Shown here piece after piece: positions 58,872 to 64,000 of a DNA stretch of 64,000 bases (its first letter is position 1; each line of letters begins with the position of its first letter). The DNA comes from Candidatus Omnitrophota bacterium (GTDB lineage Bacteria; Omnitrophota; Gorgyraeia; Zapsychrales; Zapsychraceae). A program made the translations under genes and the position numbers. The notes beneath the pieces were generated by a model. It was not told the origin of the DNA, did not search any database, and was given only the letters and a program-made list of their open reading frames with translations. Where the stretch lies: positions 89,778-153,777 of the forward strand of contig JAJDCA010000071.1 of assembly GCA_029261055.1 (NCBI GenBank), read 5' to 3'.

Positions 58872-60560
58872 ATGCAGAAAATTTGGAATATTCAAGAGGC
58901 GAATCCAAAGTTACAAAAAATATTAAGTGATGCTTTAGATGTTCATCCGATTGTGGCGCAGCTTTTGGTGAATCGGCGTATTCATGATGTTGAGGAGGCA
59001 CGGGCTTTTTTAGCGGCAGACCTTGGTGATTTGCATGATCCGTTTATGTTTAAGAATATGGATTTGGCTGTGTCGCGTATTAAGCAGGCGCAGGCGAATA
59101 AAGAACGTGTTTTAATTTTTGGTGATTATGATGTGGATGGGGTGACTTCGTCCGTTATTTTAAATCATGCCTTAGCAAAGATAGGGATTGAGGTTGCTCA
59201 CCGTATCCCACATCGTTTTGAGGATGGATATGGATTAACGAAAAAAAGTGTGGAAAAGATTAATCAAGAGAAGGTTGATTTAGTGATCACTATTGATTGT
59301 GGTATTTCGGCGTGTGAAGAAGTGGATATGCTGAATCAGGCTGGGGTAGATGTTATTATCATTGATCATCATATGCCTGATGAAATTATTCCAAAGGCAT
59401 TAGCCATTATTAATCCTAAGCAAAAAGATTGTGATTATCCTTTTAAACATTTGGCGTCTGTTGGATTAGCCGCTAAATTGTCACAAGCCCTTTTAGGAAA
59501 AGTTGATGAGAGTATTTTAGATTTAGTGGCCATTGGAACGATTGCGGATGTTGTTCCTTTACGTGGTGAAAATCGTTTGTTTGTTAAGTCGGGGTTACCC
59601 AGGATTAATACAACGACGAATAAAGGGTTGTTAGCCTTATTAGAAAAGACAAAAATTCGAGGGAAAAAATTTAGTCCGTATCATGTTGGTTTTGTTTTAG
59701 GTCCACGGATCAATGCAGCTGGACGGATGGATTCGGCGCATACATCGTTAGATTTATTTTTGAGTAAAGATTTGAACGCGGCATATGGCTTGGCGGATGA
59801 GTTAGAGCAATATAATGTAGATCGTCAAAAAATACAGAGGGGGATGGTTAATGAGGCGATAGAACTTGTTGAACAGGAAATGGATTTTAAGAAACATAAG
59901 GTTATTGTTTTAAGCAAGGAAGGGTGGCATAAAGGGATTTTAGGAATCGTTGCCGCACGGCTTGCGGATAAATTTTATCGACCATCGATTGTGATATCTG
60001 TCAAGGATGGGGTAGGAACAGCCTCAGCACGGTCTGTAGGAGATTTTCATCTTTATGAAGCTTTGTCCCGTTGTGCGGAACATTTAGAAAATTTTGGAGG
60101 GCATGCCGGAGCAGCTGGGTTGACCATTAAAGCAGAAAATATTGATCTTTTTCAAGATATGATTAATGATGTTGAGGGTGATATTTTAGAACCAAAGAAA
60201 TTAATCCCGGCTCTTTCGATTGATTGTGATATTCCTTTAAATAATGTGGATATGGATTTAATTGATGTTATTAATGATTTGGAACCATTTGGAGAAGGCA
60301 ATCCAACGCCTTTGTTTTGTTCGCGTAATTTGACTGTACAGGGGTATCCGAAGGTGATGGGAAAAAATACAATAAAGTTTTTAGTCAGTGATGGCGATTT
60401 TAGAATTTCTGCGGTTGGTTTTGGAATGGCTGATTACAAAGATATGATCGCTCCTGGGCGTTTGGTTGATTTGGCGTATACCGTTTCGATTGACGATTGG
60501 AATAAAGCCCCAATAGCGCAGTTGATGTTAAAAGATATTCGGGTGAGCGAAGTAAAATGA
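58872..60560 (+). CDS. recJ: Single-stranded-DNA-specific exonuclease RecJ
   Basis: DHH motifs (IFGDYDVDGVTS, IIIDHH) and a DHHA1 domain (GGHAGAAG); about 560 aa. Confidence 0.9.
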   Translation: MQKIWNIQEANPKLQKILSDALDVHPIVAQLLVNRRIHDVEEARAFLAADLGDLHDPFMFKNMDLAVSRIKQAQANKERVLIFGDYDVDGVTSSVILNHALAKIGIEVAHRIPHRFEDGYGLTKKSVEKINQEKVDLVITIDCGISACEEVDMLNQAGVDVIIIDHHMPDEIIPKALAIINPKQKDCDYPFKHLASVGLAAKLSQALLGKVDESILDLVAIGTIADVVPLRGENRLFVKSGLPRINTTTNKGLLALLEKTKIRGKKFSPYHVGFVLGPRINAAGRMDSAHTSLDLFLSKDLNAAYGLADELEQYNVDRQKIQRGMVNEAIELVEQEMDFKKHKVIVLSKEGWHKGILGIVAARLADKFYRPSIVISVKDGVGTASARSVGDFHLYEALSRCAEHLENFGGHAGAAGLTIKAENIDLFQDMINDVEGDILEPKKLIPALSIDCDIPLNNVDMDLIDVINDLEPFGEGNPTPLFCSRNLTVQGYPKVMGKNTIKFLVSDGDFRISAVGFGMADYKDMIAPGRLVDLAYTVSIDDWNKAPIAQLMLKDIRVSEVK

Positions 60561-60561
60561 A

Positions 60562-60789
60562 TTAGGCTTTAACGATTTTGCCAGCTTGGATACAGCTAGT
60601 ACAAACTTTTACGCGTTGAATAGTGCCTTTGAGGTTAATTTTGACCCGTTGAAGATTAGGAAGAAATCGGCGGAGAGTTTTTCCAACAATCTTAGATCCA
60701 GCGCCACCTTTTCGTTTGATCATGCCGCGTCTTTTATATTTAACGCCGGGTATCGCACCTTTACTACATATTTCACATATTTTTGCCAT
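60562..60789 (-). CDS. rpmB: 50S ribosomal protein L28
   Basis: MAKICEICSKG...RRFLPNLQRVKI...RVKVCTSCI matches bL28. The second Met is the likely start. Confidence 0.8.
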   Translation of the reverse strand: MAKICEICSKGAIPGVKYKRRGMIKRKGGAGSKIVGKTLRRFLPNLQRVKINLKGTIQRVKVCTSCIQAGKIVKA

Positions 60790-60912
60790 AATTTTTCTCC
60801 TAAATAGTGCCACCTGAAAAAATCTCAGATGTCACTTAAATGTTGCACCAGTATACGCAAAAGAAGGTTTTTGTCAAGAATTTTTTGAGTGAAAGAATAA
60901 AGAAAGGATAAA

Positions 60913-62625
60913 ATGGACAAATTAGTCTCTTACACAAAACGTCAGTTTTTGCCGGAAGAAGTAGCCTTTTTGGATGTGAAAAGTGTTCAAAATTTTCATA
61001 ATTTATTGATAGATAAAGAGATCCAATCGTTGGAAGAGTTGGAGCAATGGATTTTAGACAGGTCAGAATTAGAATCAGCTTTGGATCAGGCGGGATCGAT
61101 TTTGTACATTCAAATGACCTGCCAAACGGATGATGCGTCAAAATCTGAGGCTTATAAGAATTTTCTTGAAAATATTATCCCAGCGATAAAGCCATTAGAA
61201 AATCAGCTGGATAAAAAATTGTTAAAAGAGCGTGAACGTTTTTCCCTTGATGAAAAACGCTATGAAATTTATGTGCGCGCTATTCAAACAGATGTAGAGA
61301 TTTTTGAAGAAAAAAATGTTCCTCTTCAGACAAAAATAGATTTATTATCCCAAGAATATCAAACAATATGCGGTGCTATGACGGTTGAATTTGATGGGAA
61401 AGAACGCACCTTGCCAGAAATGGGGAAATTCCTGTTTGAACCAGATCGGGATTTGCGTGAGCGGGCCTGGAGGGCAACAGCACAAAGACGGCTACAGGAT
61501 AAAGATAAGTTGGATCAAATATTCGATAAGATGTTAAGGTTGCGTGATCAAATTGCTAAGAATACAAAAAGTGATAATTTTGCTATTTATAAATTTCGTT
61601 CTTTGCATCGATTTGATTACACACCGGAAGATTGTAAAAATTATCATCAAACAGTGGAACGCTTGGTTGTTCCTTTATGGGCGGAAATATTAGAAAATCG
61701 AAAAAAACAAATGCAGTTAGATAAATTGCGTCCTTGGGACACAGCCGTGGATTCTTTGGGGCGAGCGGCTTTGAAGCCATTTGAGAATGTTGAAAAACTT
61801 ATCAACGGTTGTCGAAATATTTTTCAGAAAGTTGAGCCGCAACTCGGGGATCAATTTGCTCAAATGATTGATGGGGGATTTTTAGATTTAGCCAGCCGTA
61901 AAGGCAAGGCTCCCGGAGGATATCAGTCAACATTAAATGAGGCTAGGAAGCCATTTATTTTTATGAATGCCGTTGGGGTGGACGACGACGTGTGGACACT
62001 GTTACATGAGGCTGGACATGCTTTTCATGCCTTAGCTTGTCGGCATGATTCTTTATTAGACTATCGACACGGTCCTATGGAATTTAACGAAGTAGCCTCT
62101 ATGTCCATGGAGCTTTTGGGGGGAGAGTATTTGTCGGAGTTTTATGCCAATAAGGAGGATGAACAACGTTCAAAAAAAGAACACTTCGAAGATATTATTT
62201 TTATCTTAATATGGGTAGCCGTTATTGATGCCTTTCAATTTTGGATGTATGAAAATCCGGATCATAAGCCCGAGGAGCGTAAGGAAATGTGGGGGAAAAT
62301 TTATAATCGATTTGGTGGTGATTTAATTGATTGGCAAGGGCTGGAAGAAGAACATAATTTTCTTTGGCATCGGCAGTTACATATTTTTGAAGTGCCGTTT
62401 TATTACATTGAGTATGGAATAGCCCAGTTAGGAGCTCTTCAAATTTGGTTAAATAGTCAAAAGGATTGGGAGGGTGCTATTACGCATTATCGTCAAGGAT
62501 TATCACTAGGAGGTTCGACGACATTGCCGGAATTATTCAAATCTGCAGGTATCTGTTTTGATTTTAGCGAAAAAACCATCGCCCCCGTTATGAATGCCGT
62601 TAAATCAGAGTTGAAAAAATTTTGA
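60913..62625 (+). CDS. pepF: Oligoendopeptidase F (M3 family)
   Basis: HEAGHAFH zinc motif with a downstream E; about 570 aa; M3B architecture. Confidence 0.88.
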   Translation: MDKLVSYTKRQFLPEEVAFLDVKSVQNFHNLLIDKEIQSLEELEQWILDRSELESALDQAGSILYIQMTCQTDDASKSEAYKNFLENIIPAIKPLENQLDKKLLKERERFSLDEKRYEIYVRAIQTDVEIFEEKNVPLQTKIDLLSQEYQTICGAMTVEFDGKERTLPEMGKFLFEPDRDLRERAWRATAQRRLQDKDKLDQIFDKMLRLRDQIAKNTKSDNFAIYKFRSLHRFDYTPEDCKNYHQTVERLVVPLWAEILENRKKQMQLDKLRPWDTAVDSLGRAALKPFENVEKLINGCRNIFQKVEPQLGDQFAQMIDGGFLDLASRKGKAPGGYQSTLNEARKPFIFMNAVGVDDDVWTLLHEAGHAFHALACRHDSLLDYRHGPMEFNEVASMSMELLGGEYLSEFYANKEDEQRSKKEHFEDIIFILIWVAVIDAFQFWMYENPDHKPEERKEMWGKIYNRFGGDLIDWQGLEEEHNFLWHRQLHIFEVPFYYIEYGIAQLGALQIWLNSQKDWEGAITHYRQGLSLGGSTTLPELFKSAGICFDFSEKTIAPVMNAVKSELKKF

Positions 62626-62723
62626 TTTTTTATTTAGGAAAATTAAATTCTAATGATACTATCAGATAGTGTTTAGCGTAGAGACATTTATTTTATAAAT
62701 ATTTTTTCGAAAGGTGGGTCAAG

Positions 62724-63305
62724 ATGAATATACGAAAACTAATTTTAGCTTTTTTATTTCTTACATTGAGTATTTCTTCTATTTATGCTCTGCAAGGAGA
62801 CGTAGCAACAAAAGACGATATGAGTCGGTTAAAAAGAGATCTTCGCGTAGGAGAAATTCAGGTTGGACAAACACGTCTTAAGGATATAAGAGAGAAATAT
62901 GGTGAGGCTCCAACGATAACGGCTACAGCAAGACGTTTGGTTTATAATTATGGGGATTTAAAAATCGAATTTGATAAAAAAAGATATTGGAAGGATTGGG
63001 AATATGATACTTTTAAAGATCAAGCGTATTCTGATGATATTGATGATTTACGGTATGATTTAGAAAGTGACGAAATCGTCGGTGACAATATTACATTTTC
63101 CCGAATTCGTAAAGACTACGATGAGCCTACAGAATCCATAGAGACTGATGCTGATGGAGAACTTTCGATTTATTATTACGGGGACATTAAAATGATATTT
63201 GAGAATTTTGTTGTTGTCCGAAGTTGGAAAGGGAGCAATCTAGAAGAATCTGAACCCGAAGGTGTGTTACAAAGTAAACCGAATGTTGTTGAGGACGTAA
63301 AATAG
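62724..63305 (+). CDS. Secreted hypothetical protein
   Basis: Signal peptide MNIRKLILAFLFLTLSISSIYA; an acidic, D/E-rich mature region; no family recognised. Confidence 0.4.
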   Translation: MNIRKLILAFLFLTLSISSIYALQGDVATKDDMSRLKRDLRVGEIQVGQTRLKDIREKYGEAPTITATARRLVYNYGDLKIEFDKKRYWKDWEYDTFKDQAYSDDIDDLRYDLESDEIVGDNITFSRIRKDYDEPTESIETDADGELSIYYYGDIKMIFENFVVVRSWKGSNLEESEPEGVLQSKPNVVEDVK

Positions 63306-63440
63306 GACCACGCATAGTTAGCAGGCCTTTCCGTAGGTTATCAAATAAAATCAAGTAAAACTTTTTCTTGCTTTTAAATTCATTTTTCATACAATGAATT
63401 AAATTTTTTAAACGCACTATGTAATAAGGAGAATAAACAC

Positions 63441-64000
63441 ATGAGCCATATTAGTGATTTATTAGGGGCTGACGCCAAAGATTTATTGGACCACAAATGT
63501 TTAACCATTCCCAAAGAAAATATCACCTTGCCTGGTGAAGATTATGTAGGCCGTGTATTTAGTCATTCAGATAGATCAAATACTGTATTACGTAATTTGC
63601 AATCCATGTATGATCATGGGCGATTAGGGGGCACAGGATATCTTTCTATTTTACCTGTTGATCAAGGCATTGAGCATACCGCAGGGGCATCTTTTGCTCC
63701 GAATCCGATGTATTTTGATCCGGAAAACATTGTGAAGCTTGCCATTGAAGGCGGTTGTAATGCGGTGGCTTCTACTTTAGGTGTTTTAGGGCTTGTTTCA
63801 CGTAAATATGCGCATAAAATTCCTTTTGTTGTTAAGTTTAATCATAATGAACTTATGACGTACCCGAATACGTTTGACCAAAGGCTTTTTGCAGATGTCG
63901 AGCAGGCTGCTGATATGGGCGCTGTTGGCGTTGGGGCTACGATTTATTTTGGGTCTGATGAATCCAACCGACAAATTGAAGAGGTTTCAGAAGCATTTCA
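63441..64000 (+). CDS. fbaB: Class I fructose-bisphosphate aldolase (FbaB/DhnA type), 3'-truncated by window end
   Basis: [26 protein letters not shown]...[26 protein letters not shown]...[13 protein letters not shown] is near-collinear with E. coli FbaB. RBS AAGGAG. Confidence 0.9.
   Translation, partial: MSHISDLLGADAKDLLDHKCLTIPKENITLPGEDYVGRVFSHSDRSNTVLRNLQSMYDHGRLGGTGYLSILPVDQGIEHTAGASFAPNPMYFDPENIVKLAIEGGCNAVASTLGVLGLVSRKYAHKIPFVVKFNHNELMTYPNTFDQRLFADVEQAADMGAVGVGATIYFGSDESNRQIEEVSEAF

Overview
This is a low-GC (roughly 35-40%) bacterial chromosomal segment from a diderm organism, shown by LptD and a secretin, and it is very gene-dense. Recognisable core genes on the + strand include dnaK (3' part), dnaJ, accD, gap, aroG-type DAHP synthase, trpB, trpA, argS, recJ, pepF, class I fbaB (3'-truncated by the window end) and rsfS. 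rpmB lies on the - strand.

Two accessory regions are the most interesting.

1. Giant-gene region, 6.8-28.3 kb. Two tandem GGDEF diguanylate cyclases and a VapBC-like toxin-antitoxin pair precede a 2221-aa giant ORF. A cell-envelope sugar block follows (ROK kinase, LptD, UDP-glucose dehydrogenase, a second UDP-sugar dehydrogenase, UDP-glucuronate decarboxylase). Next is a second, paralogous 1141-aa giant ORF, then a MazEF-like toxin-antitoxin pair. The two giant proteins share a ~320-aa N-terminal module behind a signal peptide or anchor, and a ~100-aa C-terminal module of unknown family. Both shared modules are GC-richer than their surroundings. The AT-rich central modules are completely different: HEAT-like tandem repeats in the first, a CheY-like receiver domain plus coiled coil in the second. 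I do not recognise the family, and this is my best candidate for an undescribed system.

2. Pilus/secretion locus, 43.3-55.1 kb. It runs GspE/PilB, GspF/PilC, then a near-consensus c-di-GMP-I (GEMM) riboswitch with its own promoter and intrinsic terminator, immediately upstream of the pilin gene. After the pilin come a PilM-PilN fusion, PilO, a PilP-like lipoprotein, a secretin, a 750-aa prepilin-leader protein, a pseudopilin and a PilX-like protein.

Other notable items: a ~330-nt strongly GC-rich structured-RNA candidate of unknown class upstream of the DAHP synthase gene (31.45-31.78 kb); an ImmA/IrrE-peptidase/DUF4411 gene pair; a LemA/M48-peptidase pair; and several striking palindromes. 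No rRNA, tRNA, CRISPR array or transposase was seen.
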